The notes: generated from the letters alone by a model not told the origin. A stretch of 64,000 bases of DNA from Squalus acanthias (GCA_030390025.1 CM059425.1:96908001-96972000), one strand, 5' to 3'. Shown: positions 1-15,000, numbered from the stretch's first letter. Numbers and translations are program-made.

Positions 1-3000
1 CAAGAGAGGGAGGAGAGAGAGAACGCAAGAGAGGGAGGGGAGAGAGAACGCAAGAGAGGGAGGAGAGAGAACGCAAGAGAGGGAGGAGAGAGAGAACGCA
101 AGAGAGGGAGGGGAGAGAGAACGCAAGAGAGGGAGGAGAGAGAGAACGCAAGAGAGGGAGGAGACAGAGAACGCAAGAGAGGGAGCAGAGAGAACGCAAG
201 AGAGGGAGGAGAGAGAGAACGCAAGAGAGGGAGGAGAGAGAGAACGCAAGAGAGGGAGCAGAGAGAACGCAAGAGAGGGAGGAGAGAGAGAACGCAAGAG
301 AGGGAGGAGAGAGAGAACGCAAGAGAGGGAGCAGAGAGAACGCAAGAGAGGGAGGAGAGAGAGAACGCAAGAGAGGGAGGAGAGAGAGAACGCAAGAGAG
401 AGAGGGGAGAGAGAACGCAAGAAAGGGAGGAGAGAGAGAACGCAGGAGAGGGAGGAGAGAGAGAACGCAAGAGAGGAGGAGAGAAAACGCAAGAGAGGGA
501 GGGGAGAGAGAACGCAGGAGAGGGAGGAGAGAGAGAACGCAAGAGAGGAGGAGAGAAAACGCAAGAGAGGGAGGGGAGAGAGAACGCAAGAGAGGGAGGA
601 GAGAGAGAACGCAAGAGAGGGAGGGGAGAGAACGCAAGAGAGGGAGGAGAGAGAACGCAAGAGAGGGAGGAGAGAGAACGCAAGAGAGAGAGGAGAGAGA
701 GAACGCAAGAGAGGGAGGAGAGAGAGAACGCAAGAGAATGTGGAGATAGAGAACGCAAGAGAGGGTGGAGAGAGAGAACGCAAGAGAGGGAGGAGAGAGA
801 GAACGCAAGAGAGGGAGGAGAGAGAGAACGCAGGAGAGGGAGGAGAGAGAGAACGCAAGAGAGGGAGGAGAGAGAGAACGCAGGAGAGGAGGAGAGAGAG
901 AACGCAAGAGAGGGAGGAGAGAGAGAACGCAAGAGAGGGAGGAGAGAGAGAACGCAAGAGAGGGAGGAGAGAGAGAACGCAAGAGAGGGAGGAGAGAGAG
1001 AACGCAAGAGAGGGAGGAGAGAGAGAACGCAAGAGAGGGAGGAGAGAGAGAACGCAAGAGAGGGAGGAGAGAGAGAACGCAAGAGAGGGAGGAGAGAGAG
1101 AACGCAAGAGAGGGAGGAGAGAGAGAACGCAAGAGAGGGAGGAGAGAGAGAACGCAAGAGAGGGAGGAGAGAGAACGCAAGAGAGGGAGGAGAGAGAGAA
1201 CGCAAGAGAGGGAGGGGAGAGAGAACGCAAGAGCGGGAGGAGAGAGAGAACGCAAGAGAGGGAGGAGAGAGAACGCAAGAGAGGGAGGGGAGAGAACGCA
1301 AGAGAGGGAGGAGAGAGAACGCAAGAGAGGGAGGAGAGAGAGAACGCAAGAGAGGGAGGAGAGAGAACGCAAGAGAGGGAGGGGAGAGAGAACGCAAGAG
1401 AGGGAGGAGAGAGAGAACGCAAGAGAGGGAGGAGAGAGAGAACGCAAGAGAGGGAGGAGAGAGAGAACGCAAGAGAGGGAGGGGAGAGAGAACGCAAGAG
1501 AGGGAGGAGAGAGAGAACGCAAGAGAGGGAGGGGAGAGAGAACGCAAGAGAGGGAGGGGAGAGAGAACGCAAGAGAGGGAGGAGAGAGAGAACGCAAGAG
1601 AGGGAGGGGAGAGAGAACGCAAGAGAGGGAGGAGAGAGAACGCAAGAGAGGGAGGAGAGAGAGAACGCAAGAGAGGGAGGAGAGAGAACGCAAGAGAGGG
1701 AGGGGAGAGAGAACGCAAGAGAGGGAGGAGAGAGAGAACGCAAGAGAGGGAGGAGAGAGAGAACGCAAGAGAGGGAGGAGAGAGAGAACGCAAGAGAAGA
1801 GGAGAGAGAACGCAAGAGAAGAGGAGAGAGAGAACGCAAGAGAGGAGGGGAGAGAGAACGCAAGAGAGGGAGGAGAGAGAGAACGCAAGAGAGAGGAGAG
1901 AGAACGCAAGAGAGGGAGGAGAGAGAGAACGCAAGAGAGGAAGGGGAGAGAGAACGCAAGAGAGGGAGGAGAGAGAGAACGCAAGAGAGGGAGGAGAGAG
2001 AACGCAAGAGAGGGAGGAGAGAGAGAACGCAAGAGAGGGAGGAGAGAGAACGCAAGAGAGGGAGGAGAGAGAAACGCAAGAGAGGGAGGAGAGAGAGAAC
2101 GCAGGAGAGGAGGAGAGAGAGAACGCAAGAGAGGGAGGAGAGAGAGAACGCAAGAGAGGGAGGAGAGAGAGAACGCAAGAGTGGGAGGAGAGAGAGAACG
2201 CAAGAGAGGGAGGAGAGAGAGAACGCAAGAGAAGGTGGAGATAGAGAACGCAAGAGAGGGTGGAGAGAGAGAACGCAAGAGAGGGAGGAGACAGAGAACG
2301 CAAGAGAGGGTGGAGAGAGAACGCAAGAGAGGGAGGAGAGAGAAACGCAAGAGAGGAGGAGAGAAAACGCAAGAGAGGGAGGGGAGAGAGAACGCAGGAG
2401 AGGGAGGAGAGAGAGAACGCAAGAGAGGGAGGAGAGAGAACGCAAGAGAGGGAGGAGAGAGAGAACGCAAGAGAGGGAGGAGAGAGAGAACGCAAGAGAG
2501 GGAGAAGAGAGAACGCAAGGGAGGGAGGAGAGAGAGAACGCAAGAGAGGGAGGAGAGAGAGAACGCAAGAGAGGGAGAAGAGAGAACGCAAGAGAGGGAG
2601 GAGAGAGAGAAGGCAAGAGAGGGAGGAGAGAGAGAACGCAAGAGAGGGAGGGGAGAGAACGCAAGAGAGGGAGGAGAGAGAACGCAAGAGAGGGAGGAGA
2701 GAGAGAACGCAAGAGAGGGAGGAGAGAGAGAACGCAAGAGAGGGAGGAGAGAGAGAACGCAGGAGAGGAGGAGAGAGAGAACGCAAGAGAGGGAGGAGTG
2801 AGAGAACGCAAGAGAGGGAGGAGAGAGAGAACGCAAGAGATGGAGGAGAGAGAGAACGCAAGAGAGGGAGGAGAGAGAGAACGCAAGAGAAGGTGGAGAT
2901 AGAGAACGCAAGAGAGGGTGGAGAGAGAGAACGCAAGAGAGGGAGGAGACAGAGAACGCAAGAGAGGGAGGAGAGAGAGAACGCAAGAGAGGGAGGAGAG

Positions 3001-6000
3001 AGAGACCGCAAGAGAGGGAGGAGAGAGAACGCAAGAGAGGGAGGAGAGAAAACGCAAGAGAGGAGGAGAGAAAACGCAAGAGAGGGAGGGAGAGAGAACG
3101 CAGGAGAGGGAGGAGAGAGAGAACGCAAGAGAGGGAGGAGAGAGAACGCAAGAGAGGGAGGAGAGAGAGAACGCAAGAGAGGAGGAGCGAGAACGCAACA
3201 GAGGGAGGAGAGAGAGAACGCAAGAGAGGAGGAGAGAGAACGCAAGAGAGGGAGGAGAGAGAGAACGCAAGAGCGGAAGGAGAGAGAGAACGCAAGAGAG
3301 GGAGGGGAGAGAGAACGCAAGAGAGGGAGGAGAGATAACGCAAGAGAGGGAGGAGAGAGCAAACGCAAGAGAGGGAGGAGAGAGAGAACGCAAGAGAGAG
3401 AGGAGAGAGAGAACGCAAGAGAGGGAGGAGAGAGAGAACGCAAGAGAGGGAGGGGAGAGAGAACGCAAGAGAAGGAGGAGAGAGAGAACGTAAGAGAGGG
3501 AGGAGAGAGAGAACGCAAGAGAGGGAGGGGAGAGAGAACGCAAGAGAGGGAGAAGAGAGAGAACGCAAGAGAGGGAGGAGAGAGAACGCAAGAGAGGGAG
3601 GAGAGAGAACGCAAGAGAGGGAGGAGAGAGAGAACGCAAGAGAGGGAGGAGAGAGAGAACGCAAGAGAGGGGAGAGAGAACGCAAGAGAGGGAGGAGAGA
3701 GAGAACGCAAGAGAGGGAGGAGAGAGAGAACTCAAGAAAGGGAGGAGAGAGAGAACGCATGAGAGGGAGGAGAGAGAACGCAAGAGAGGGAGGAGAGAGA
3801 GAACGCAAGAGAGGGAGGAGGGAGAGAACGCGAGAGAGGGAGGAGAGAGAGAACGCAAGAGAGGGAGGAGAGAGAGAACGCAAGAGAGGGAGGAGAGAGA
3901 GAACGCAAGAGAGGGAGGAGAGAGAGAACATAAGGGAGGGAGGAGAGAGAGAACGCAAGAGAGGGAGGAGAGAGAGAACGCAAGAGAGGGAGGGGAGAGA
4001 GAACGCAAGAGAGGAGGAGAGAGAACGCAAGAGAGGGAGGAGAGACAGAACGCAAGAGAGGGAGGAGAGAGAGAACGCAAGAGAGGAGGAGAGAGAACGC
4101 AAGAGAGGGAGGAGAGACAGAACGCAAGAGAGGGAGGAGAGAGAGAAGGCAAGAGAGGAGGAGAGAGAATGCAAGAGAGGAGGAGAGAGAGAACGGAAGA
4201 GAGGGAGGAGAGAGAGAACGCAGGAGAGGGAGGAGAGAGAGAACGAAAGAGAGGGAGGAGAGAGAGAACGCAAGAGAGGGAGGAGAGAGAGAACGCAAGA
4301 GAGGGAGAAGAGAGAACGCAAGAGAGGGAGGAGAGAGAGAACGCAAGAGAGGGAGGAGAGAGAGAACGCAAGAGAGGGAGGTCAGAGAACGCAAGAGAGG
4401 GAGGAGAGAGAGAACGCAGGAGAGGAGGAGAGGAGAACGCAAGAGAGGGAGGAGAGAGAGAATGCAAGAGAGGGAGGAGAGAGAGAACGCAAGAGAGGGA
4501 GGAGAGAGAGAATGCAAGAGAGGGAGGAGAGAGAACGCAAGAGAGGGAGGAGAGAGAGAATGCAAGAGAGGGAGGGGAGAGAGAACGCAAGAGAGGGAGG
4601 AGAGAGAGAACGCAAGAGAGGGAGGAGAGAGAGAACGCAAGAGAGGGAGGAGAGAGAACGCAAGAGAGGGAGGAGAGAGAGAACGCAAGAGAGGAGGAGA
4701 GAGAGAATGCAAGAGAGGGAGGAGAGAGAGAACGCAAGAGAGGGAGGAGAGAGAGAACGCAAGAGAGGAGGAGAGAGAGAACGCAAGAGAGGGTGGAGAG
4801 AGAGAACGCAAGAGAGGGAGGAGAGAGAGAACGCAAGAGAGGAGGAGAGGGAACGCAAGAGAGGAGGAGAGAGAACGCAAGAGAGGGAGGAGAGAGAGAA
4901 CGCAAGAGAGGGAGGAGAGAGAGAACGCAAGAGAGGGAGGAGAGAGAGAACGCAAGAGAGGGAGGGAAGAGAGAACGCAAGAGAGGGAGGAGAGAGAGAA
5001 CGCAAGAGAGGGAGGAGCGAGAACGCAAGAGAGGGAGGAGAGAGAGAACGCAAGAGAGGAGGAGAGAGAACGCAAGAGAGGAGGAGAGAGAGAACGCAAG
5101 AGAGGGAGGAGAGAGAGAACGCAAGAGAGGGAGGAGAGAGAGAACGCAAGAGAGGGAGGAGAGAGAGAACGCAAGAGAAGAGGAGAGAGAACGCAAGAGA
5201 GAGGAGAGAGAGAACGCAAGAGAGGAAGGGGAGAGAGAACGCAAGAGAGGGAGGAGAGAGAGAACGCAAGAGAGAGGAGAGAGAACGCAAGAGAGAGGAG
5301 AGAGAGAACGCAAGAGAGGAGGGGAGAGAGAACGCAAGAGAGGGAGGAGAGAGAGAACGCAAGAGAGGAGGAGAGAGAACGCAAGAGAGGGAGGAGAGAG
5401 AGAACGCAAGAGAGGGAGGAGAGAGAACGCAAGAGAGGGAGGAGAGAGAGAACGCAAGAGAGGGAGGAGAGAGAGAACGCAGGAGAGGAGGAGAGAGAGA
5501 ACGCAAGAGAGGGAGGAGAGAGAGAACGCAAGAGAGGGAGGAGAGAGAGAACGCAAGAGAGGGAGTAGAGAGAGAACGCAAGAGAGGGAGGAGAGAGAGA
5601 ACGCAAGAGAGGGAGGAGAGAGAGACCGCAAGAGAGGGAGGAGAGAGAACGCAAGAGAGGGAGGAGAGAAACGCAAGAGAGGAGGAGAGAAAACGCAAGA
5701 GAGGGAGGGGAGAGAGAACGCAGGAGAGGGAGGAGAGAGAGAACGCAAGAGAGGGAGGAGAGAGAACGCAAGAGAGGGAGGAGAGAGAGAACGCAAGAGA
5801 GGAGGAGCGAGAACGCAACAGAGGGAGGAGAGAGAGAACGCAAGAGAGGAGGAGAGAGAACGCAAGAGAGGGAGGAGAGAGAGAACGCAAGAGCGGAAGG
5901 AGAGAGAGAACGCAAGAGAGGGAGGGGAGAGAGAACGCAAGAGAGGGAGGAGAGATAACGCAAGAGAGGGAGGAGAGAGCAAACGCAAGAGAGGGAGGAG

Positions 6001-9000
6001 AGAGAGAACGCAAGAGAGAGAGGAGAGAGAGAACGCAAGAGAGGGAGGAGAGAGAGAACGCAAGAGAGGGAGGGGAGAGAGAACGCAAGAGAAGGAGGAG
6101 AGAGAGAACGTAAGAGAGGGAGGAGAGAGAGAACGCAAGAGAGGGAGGGGAGAGAGAACGCAAGAGAGGGAGAAGAGAGAGAACGCAAGAGAGGGAGGAG
6201 AGAGAGAACGCAAGAGAGGGAGGAGAGAGAACGCAAGAGAGGGAGGAGAGAGAGAACGCAAGAGAGGGAGGAGAGAGAGAACGCAAGAGAGGGGAGAGAG
6301 AACGCAAGAGAGGGAGGAGAGAGAGAACGCAAGAGAGGGAGGAGAGAGAGAACTCAAGAAAGGGAGGAGAGAGAGAACGCATGAGAGGGAGGAGAGAGAA
6401 CGCAAGAGAGGGAGGAGAGAGAGAACGCAAGAGAGGGAGGAGGGAGAGAACGCGAGAGAGGGAGGAGAGAGAGAACGCAAGAGAGGGAGGAGAGAGAGAA
6501 CGCAAGAGAGGGAGGAGAGAGAGAACGCAAGAGAGGGAGGAGAGAGAGAACATAAGGGAGGGAGGAGAGAGAGAACGCAAGAGAGGGAGGAGAGAGAGAA
6601 CGCAAGAGAGGGAGGGGAGAGAGAACGCAAGAGAGGAGGAGAGAGAACGCAAGAGAGGGAGGAGAGACAGAACGCAAGAGAGGGAGGAGAGAGAGAACGC
6701 AAGAGAGGAGGAGAGAGAACGCAAGAGAGGGAGGAGAGACAGAACGCAAGAGAGGGAGGAGAGAGAGAAGGCAAGAGAGGAGGAGAGAGAATGCAAGAGA
6801 GGAGGAGAGAGAGAACGGAAGAGAGGGAGGAGAGAGAGAACGCAGGAGAGGGAGGAGAGAGAGAACGAAAGAGAGGGAGGAGAGAGAGAACGCAAGAGAG
6901 GGAGGAGAGAGAGAACGCAAGAGAGGGAGAAGAGAGAACGCAAGAGAGGGAGGAGAGAGAGAACGCAAGAGAGGGAGGAGAGAGAGAACGCAAGAGAGGG
7001 AGGTCAGAGAACGCAAGAGAGGGAGGAGAGAGAGAACGCAGGAGAGGAGGAGAGGGAGAACGCAAGAGAGGGAGGAGAGAGAGAATGCAAGAGAGGGAGG
7101 AGAGAGAGAACGCAAGAGAGGGAGGAGAGAGAGAATGCAAGAGGGGGAGGAGAGAGAACGCAAGAGAGGGAGGAGAGAGAGAATGCAAGAGAGGGAGGGG
7201 AGAGAGAATGCAAGAGAGGGAGGAGAGAGAGAACGCAAGAGAGGGAGGAGAGAGAACGCAAGAGAGGGAGGAGAGAGAGAACGCAAGAGAGGAGGAGAGA
7301 GAGAATGCAAGAGAGGGAGGAGAGAGAGAACGCAAGAGAGGGAGGAGAGAGAGAACGCAAGAGAAGGAGGAGAGAGAGAACGCAAGAGAGGGTGGAGAGA
7401 GAGAACGCAAGAGAGGGAGGAGAGAGAGAACGCAAGAGAGGAGGAGAGGGAACGCAAGAGAGGAGGAGAGAGAACGCAAGAGAGGGAGGAGAGAGAGAAC
7501 GCAAGAGAGGGAGGAGAGAGAGAACGCAAGAGAGGGAGGAGAGAGAGAACGCAAGAGAGGGAGGGAAGAGAGAACGCAAGAGAGGGAGGAGAGAGAGAAC
7601 GCAAGAGAGGGAGGAGCGAGAACGCAAGAGAGGGAGGAGAGAGAGAACGCAAGAGAGGAGGAGAGAGAACGCAAGAGAGGAGGAGAGAGAGAACGCAAGA
7701 GAGGGAGGAGAGAGAGAACGCAAGAGAGGGAGGAGAGAGAGAACGCAAGAGAGGGAGGAGAGAGAGAACGCAAGAGAGGGAGGAGAGAGAACGCAAGAGA
7801 GGGAGGGGAGAGAGAACGCAACAGAGGGAGGAGAGAGAGAACGCAAGAGAGGGAGGAGAGAGAGAACGCAAGAGAGGGAGGGGAGAGAGAACGCAAGAGA
7901 GGGAGGAGAGAGAACGCAAGAGAGGGAGGAGAGAGAGAACGCAAGAGAGGGAGGGGAGTGAGAACGCAAGAGAGGGAGGAGAGAGAGAACGCAAGAGAGG
8001 GAGGAGACAGAGAACGCAAGAGAGGGGAGAGAGAACGCAAGAGAGGGAGCAGAGAGAACGCAAGAGAGGGAGGAGAGAGAGAACGCAAGAGAGGGAGGAG
8101 AGAGAGAACGCAAGAGAGAGAGGGGAGAGAGAACGCAAGAAAGGGAGGAGAGAGAGAACGCAGGAGAGGGAGGAGAGAGAGAACGCAAGAGAGGAGGAGA
8201 GAAAACGCAAGAGAGGGAGGGGAGAGAGAACGCAGGAGAGGGAGGAGAGAGAGAACGCAAGAGAGGGAGGAGAGAGAACGCAAGAGAGGGAGGAGAGAGA
8301 GAACGCAAGAGAGGGAGGAGAGAGAGAACGCAAGAGAGGGAGGAGAGAGAGAACGCAAGAGAGGGAGAAGAGAGAACGCAAGAGAGGGAGGAGAGAGAGA
8401 ACGCAAGAGAGGGAGGGGAGAGAACGCAAGAGAGGGAGGAGAGAGAACGCAAGAGAGGGAGGAGAGAGAACGCAAGAGAGAGAGGAGAGAGAGAACGCAA
8501 GAGAGGGAGGAGAGAGAGAACGCAAGAGAATGTGGAGATAGAGAACGCAAGAGAGGGTGGAGAGAGAGAACGCAAGAGAGGGAGGAGAGAGAGAACGCAA
8601 GAGAGGGAGGAGAGAGAGAACGCAGGAGAGGAGGAGAGAGAGAACGCAAGAGAGGGAGGAGAGAGAGAACGCAAGAGAGGGAGGAGAGAGAGAACGCAAG
8701 AGAGGGAGGAGAGAGAGAACGCAAGAGAAGGTGGAGATAGAGAACGCAAGAGAGGGTGGAGAGAGAGAACGCAAGAGAGGGAGGAGAGAGAGAACGCAAG
8801 AGAGGGAGGAGAGAGAGAACGCAAGAGAGGGAGGAGAGAGAGACCGCAAGAGAGGGAGGAGAGAGAGAACGCAAGAGAGGGAGGAGAGAGAGAACGCAAG
8901 AGAGGGAGGAGAGAGAGAACGCAAGAGAGGGAGGAGAGAGAACGCAAGAGAGGGAGGAGAGAGAGAACGCAAGAGAGGGAGGGAGAGAGAACGCAAGAGC

Positions 9001-12000
9001 GGGAGGAGAGAGAGAACGCAAGAGAGGGAGGAGAGAGAACGCAAGAGAGGGAGGGGAGCGAACGCAAGAGAGGGAGGAGAGTGAACGCAAGAGAGGGAGG
9101 AGAGAGAGAACGCAAGAGAGGGAGGAGAGAGAACGCAAGAGAGGGAGGGGAGAGAGAACGCAAGAGAGGGAGGAGAGAGAGAACGCAAGAGAGGGAGGAG
9201 AGAGAGAACGCAAGAGAGGGAGGAGAGAGAGAACGCAAGAGAGGGAGGGGAGAGAGAACGCAAGAGAGGGAGGAGAGAGAGAACGCAAGAGAGGGAGGGG
9301 AGAGAGAACGCAAGAGAGGGAGGAGAGAGAGAACGCAAGAGAGGGAGGAGAGAGAGAACGCAAGAGAGGGAGGGGAGAGAGAACGCAAGAGAGGGAGGAG
9401 AGAGAACGCAAGAGAGGGAGGAGAGAGAGAACGCAAGAGAGGGAGGAGAGAGAACGCAAGAGAGGGAGGGGGGAGAGAACGCAAGAGAGGGAGGAGAGAG
9501 AGAACGCAAGAGAGGGAGGAGAGAGAGAACGCAAGAGAGGGAGGAGAGAGAGAACGCAAGAGAGGGAGGAGAGAGAGAACGCAAGAGAAGAGGAGAGAGA
9601 ACGCAAGAGAAGAGGAGAGAGAGAACGCAAGAGAGGAAGGGGAGAGAGAACGCAAGAGAGGGAGGAGAGAGAACGCAAGAGAGGGAGGAGAGAGAGAACG
9701 CAAGAGAGGGAGGAGAGAGAGAACGCAAGAGAAGAGGAGAGAGAACGCAAGAGAAGAGGAGAGAGAGAACGCAAGAGAGGAAGGGGAGAGAGAACGCAAG
9801 AGAGGGAGGAGAGAGAGAACGCAAGAGAGGAGGAGAGAGAACGCAAGAGAGGGAGGAGAGAGAGAACGCAAGAGAGGGAGGAGAGAGAACGCAAGAGAGG
9901 GAGGAGAGAGAAAACGCAAGAGAGGGAGGAGAGAGAGAACGCAGGAGAGGAGGAGAGAGAGAACGCAAGAGAGGGAGGAGAGAGAGAACGCAAGAGAGGG
10001 AGGAGAGAGAGAACGCAAGAGTGGGAGGAGAGAGAGAACGCAAGAGAGGGAGGAGAGAGAGAACGCAAGAGAAGGTGGAGATAGAGAACGCAAGAGAGGG
10101 TGGAGAGAGAGAACGCAAGAGAGGGAGGAGACAGAGAACGCAAGAGAGGGTGGAGAGAGAACGCAAGAGAGGGAGGAGAGAAAACGCAAGAGAGGAGGAG
10201 AGAAAACGCAAGAGAGGGAGGGGAGAGAGAACGCAGGAGAGGGAGGAGAGAGAGAACGCAAGAGAGGGAGGAGAGAGAACGCAAGAGAGGGAGGAGAGAG
10301 AGAACGCAAGAGAGGGAGGAGAGAGAGAACGCAAGAGAGGGAGAAGAGAGAACGCAAGGGAGGGAGGAGAGAGAGAACGCAAGAGAGGGAGGAGAGAGAG
10401 AACGCAAGAGAGGGAGAAGAGAGAACGCAAGAGAGGGAGGAGAGAGAGAAGGCAAGAGAGGGAGGAGAGAGAGAACGCAAGAGAGGGAGGGGAGAGAACG
10501 CAAGAGAGGGAGGAGAGAGAACGCAAGAGAGGGAGGAGAGAGAGAACGCAAGAGAGGGAGGAGAGAGAGAACGCAAGAGAGGGAGGAGAGAGAGAACGCA
10601 GGAGAGGAGGAGAGAGAGAACGCAAGAGAGGGAGGAGTGAGAGAACGCAAGAGAGGGAGGAGAGAGAGAACGCAAGAGATGGAGGAGAGAGAGAACGCAA
10701 GAGAGGGAGGAGAGAGAGAACGCAAGAGAAGGTGGAGATAGAGAACGCAAGAGAGGGTGGAGAGAGAGAACGCAAGAGAGGGAGGAGACAGAGAACGCAA
10801 GAGAGGGAGGAGAGAGAGAACGCAAGAGAGGGAGGAGAGAGAGACCGCAAGAGAGGGAGGAGAGAGAGAACGCAAGAGAGGGAGGAGAGAGAGAACGCAA
10901 GAGAGGGAGCAGAGAGAGAACGCAAGAGAGGGAGGAGAGAGAACGCAAGAGAGGGAGGAGAGAGAGAACGCAAGAGAGGGAGGAGAGAGAGAACGCAAGA
11001 GAAGAGGAGAGAGAACGCAAGAGAAGAGGAGAGAGAGAACGCAAGAGAGGGAGGACAGAGAGAGCGCAAGAGAGGAGGAGAGAGAGAACACAAGAGAGGG
11101 AGGGGAGAGAGAACGCAAGAGAGGGAGGAGAGAGAACGCAGGAGAGGGAGGAGAGAGAGAACGCAAGAGAAGAGGAGAGAGAACGCAAGAGAAGAGGAGA
11201 GAGAGAACGCAAGAGAGGAGGGGTGAGAGAACGCAAGAGAGGAGGAGAGAGAGAACGCAAGAGAGGGAGGAGAGAGAGAACGCAAGAGAGGGAGGAGAGA
11301 GAGAACGCAAGAGAGGGAGGAGAGAGAGAACGCAAGAGAGGGAGGAGAGAGAGAACGCAAGAGAGGGAGGAGAGAGAACGCAAGAGAGGAGGGGAGAGAG
11401 AACGCAAGAGAGGGAGGAGAGAGAGAACGCAAGAGAGGGAGGAGAGAGAGAACGCAAGAGAGGGAGGAGAGAGAGAACGCAAGAGAGGGAGGAGAGAGAG
11501 AACGCAAGAGAGGGAGGAGAGAGAGAACGCAAGAGAGGGAGGAGAGAGAGAACGCAAGAGAGGGAGGAGAGAGAGAACGCAAGAGAGGGAGGAGAGAGAG
11601 AACGCAAGAGAGGGAGGAGAGAGAAAACGCAAGAGAGGGAGGAGAGAGAGAACGCAAGAGAGGGAGGAGAGAGAGAACGCAAGAGAGGGAGGAGAGAGAG
11701 AACGCAAGAGAGGGAGGAGAGAGAGAACGCAAGAGAGGGAGGAGAGAGAGAACGCAAGAGAGGGAGGAGACAGAGAACGCAAGAGAAGAGGAGAGAGAAC
11801 GCAAGAGAAGAGGAGAGAGAGAACGCAAGAGAGGAGGGGAGAGAGAACGCAAGAGAGGAGGAGAGAGAGAACGCAAGAAAGGGAGGAGAGAGAGAACGCA
11901 AGAGAGGGAGGAGAGAGAACGCAAGAGAGGGAGGAGAGAGAGAACGCAAGAGAAGGAGGAGAGAGAGAACGCAAGAGAGGGAGGAGAGTGAACGCAAGAG

Positions 12001-15000
12001 AGGGAGGAGAGAGAGAACGCAAGAGAGGGAGGAGAGAGAAAACGCAAGAGAGGGAGGAGAGAGAGAACGCAGGAGAGGAGGGGTGAGAGAACGCAAGAGA
12101 GGGAGGAGAGAGAGAACGCAAGAGAAGAGGAGAGAGAACGCAAGAGAAGAGGAGAGAGAGAACGCAAGAGAGGAAGGGGAGAGAGAACGCAAGAGAGGGA
12201 GGAGAGAGAGAACGCAAGAGAGGAGGAGAGAGAACGCAAGAGAGGGAGGAGAGAGAGAACGCAAGAGAGGGAGGAGAGAGAACGCAAGAGAGGGAGGAGA
12301 GAGAAACGCAAGAGAGGGAGGAGAGAGAGAACGCAGGAGAGGAGGAGAGAGAACGCAAGAGAGGGAGGAGAGAAAACGCAAGACAGGAGGAGAGAAAACG
12401 CAAGAGAGGGAGGGGAGAGAGAACGCAGGAGAGGGAGGAGAGAGAGAACGCAAGAGAGGGAGGAGAGAGAACGCAAGAGAGGGAGGAGAGAGAGAACGCA
12501 AGAGAGGGAGGAGAGAGAGAACGCAAGAGAGGGAGAAGAGAGAACGCAAGAGAGGGAGGAGAGAGAGAAGGCAAGAGAGGGAGGAGAGAGAACGCAAGAG
12601 AGGGAGGAGAGAGAGAACGCAAGAGAGGGAGGAGAGAGAACGCAAGAGAAGAGGAGAGAGAGAACGCAAGAGAGGGAGGAGAGAGAGAACGCAAGAGAGG
12701 GAGGAGAGAGAGAACGCAAGAGAGGGAGGGGAGAGAACGCAAGAGAGGGAGGAGAGAGAACGCAAGAGAAGAGGAGAGAGAGAACGCAAGAGAGGAAGGG
12801 GAGAGAGAACGCAAGAGAGGGAGGAGAGAGAGAACGCAAGAGAGGAGGAGAGAGAACGCAAGAGAGGGAGGAGAGAGAGAACGCAAGAGAGGGAGGAGAG
12901 AGAACGCAAGAGAGGGAGGAGAGAGAGAACGCAAGAGAGGGAGGAGAGAGAGAACGCAGGAGAGGAGGAGAGAGAGAACGCAAGAGAGGGAGGAGAGAGA
13001 GAACGCAAGAGAGGGAGGAGAGAGAGAACGCAAGAGAGGGAGTAGAGAGAGAACGCAAGAGAGGGAGGAGAGAGAGAACGCAAGAGAGGGAGGAGAGAGA
13101 GACCGCAAGAGAGGGAGGAGAGAGAACGCAAGAGAGGGAGGAGAGAAAACGCAAGAGAGGAGGAGAGAAAACGCAAGAGAGGGAGGGGAGAGAGAACGCA
13201 GGAGAGGGAGGAGAGAGAGAACGCAAGAGAGGGAGGAGAGAGAACGCAAGAGAGGGAGGAGAGAGAGAACGCAAGAGAGGAGGAGCGAGAACGCAACAGA
13301 GGGAGGAGAGAGAGAACGCAAGAGAGGAGGAGAGAGAACGCAAGAGAGGGAGGAGAGAGAGAACGCAAGAGCGGAAGGAGAGAGAGAACGCAAGAGAGGG
13401 AGGGGAGAGAGAACGCAAGAGAGGGAGGAGAGATAACGCAAGAGAGGGAGGAGAGAGCGAACGCAAGAGAGGGAGGAGAGAGAGAACGCAAGAGAGAGAG
13501 GAGAGAGAGAACGCAAGAGAGGGAGGAGAGAGAGAACGCAAGAGAGGGAGGGGAGAGAGAACGCAAGAGAAGGAGGAGAGAGAGAACGTAAGAGAGGGAG
13601 GAGAGAGAGAACGCAAGAGAGGGAGAAGAGAGAGAACGCAAGAGAGGGAGGAGACAGAGAACGCAAGAGAGGGAGGAGAGAGAGAACGCAAGAGAGGGAG
13701 GAGAGAGAGAACGCAAGAGAGGGAGGAGAGAGAGAACATAAGGGAGGGAGGAGAGAGAGAACGCAAGAGAGGGAGGAGAGAGAGAACGCAAGAGAGGGAG
13801 GGGAGAGAGAACGCAAGAGAGGAGGAGAGAGAACGCAAGAGAGGGAGGAGAGACAGAACGCAAGAGAGGGAGGAGAGAGAGAACGCAAGAGAGGAGGAGA
13901 GAGAACGCAAGAGAGGGAGGAGAGACAGAACGCAAGAGAGGGAGGAGAGAGAGAAGGCAAGAGAGGAGGAGAGAGAATGTAAGAGAGGAGGAGAGAGAGA
14001 ACGCAAGAGAGGGAGGAGAGAGAGAACGCAGGAGAGGGAGGAGAGAGAGAACGAAAGAGAGGGAGGAGAGAGAGAACGCAAGAGAGGGAGGAGAGAGAGA
14101 ACGCAAGAGAGGGAGAAGAGAGAACGCAAGAGAGGGAGGAGAGAGAGAACGCAAGAGAGGGAGGAGAGAGAGAACGCAAGAGAGGGAGGGCAGAGAACGC
14201 AAGAGAGGGAGGAGAGAGAACGCAAGAGAGGGAGGAGAGAGAGAACGCAAGAGAGGGAGGAGAGAGAGAACGCAGGAGAGGAGGAGAGGGAGAACGCAAG
14301 AGAGGGAGGAGAGAGAGAATGCAAGAGAGGGAGGAGAGAGAGAACGCAAGAGAGGGAGGAGAGAGAGAATGCAAGAGGGGGAGGAGAGAGAACGCAAGAG
14401 AGGGAGGAGAGAGAGAATGCAAGAGAGGGAGGGGAGAGAGAATGCAAGAGAGGGAGGAGAGAGAGAACGCAAGAGAGGGAGGAGAGAGAGAACGCAAGAG
14501 AGGGAGGAGAGAGAACGCAAGAGAGGGAGGAGAGAGAGAACGCAAGAGAGGAGGAGAGAGAGAATGCAAGAGAGGGAGGAGAGAGAGAACGCAAGAGAGG
14601 GAGGAGAGAGAGAACGCAAGAGAAGGAGGAGAGAGAGAACGCAAGAGAGGGAGGAGAGAGAGAACGCAAGAGAGGAGGAGAGGGAACGCAAGAGAGGAGG
14701 AGAGAGAACGCAAGAGAGGGAGGAGAGAGAGAACGCAAGAGAGGGAGGAGAGAGAGAACGCAAGAGAGGGAGGAGAGAGAGAACGCAAGAGAGGGAGGGA
14801 AGAGAGAACGCAAGAGAGGGAGGAGAGAGAGAACGCAAGAGAGGGAGTTCTAGAACGCAAGAGAGGGAGGAGAGAGAGAACGCAAGAGAGGAGGAGAGAG
14901 AACGCAAGAGAGGAGGAGAGAGAGAACGCAAGAGAGGGAGGAGAGAGAGAACGCAAGAGAGGGAGGAGAGAGAGAACGCAAGAGAGGGAGGAGAGAGAGA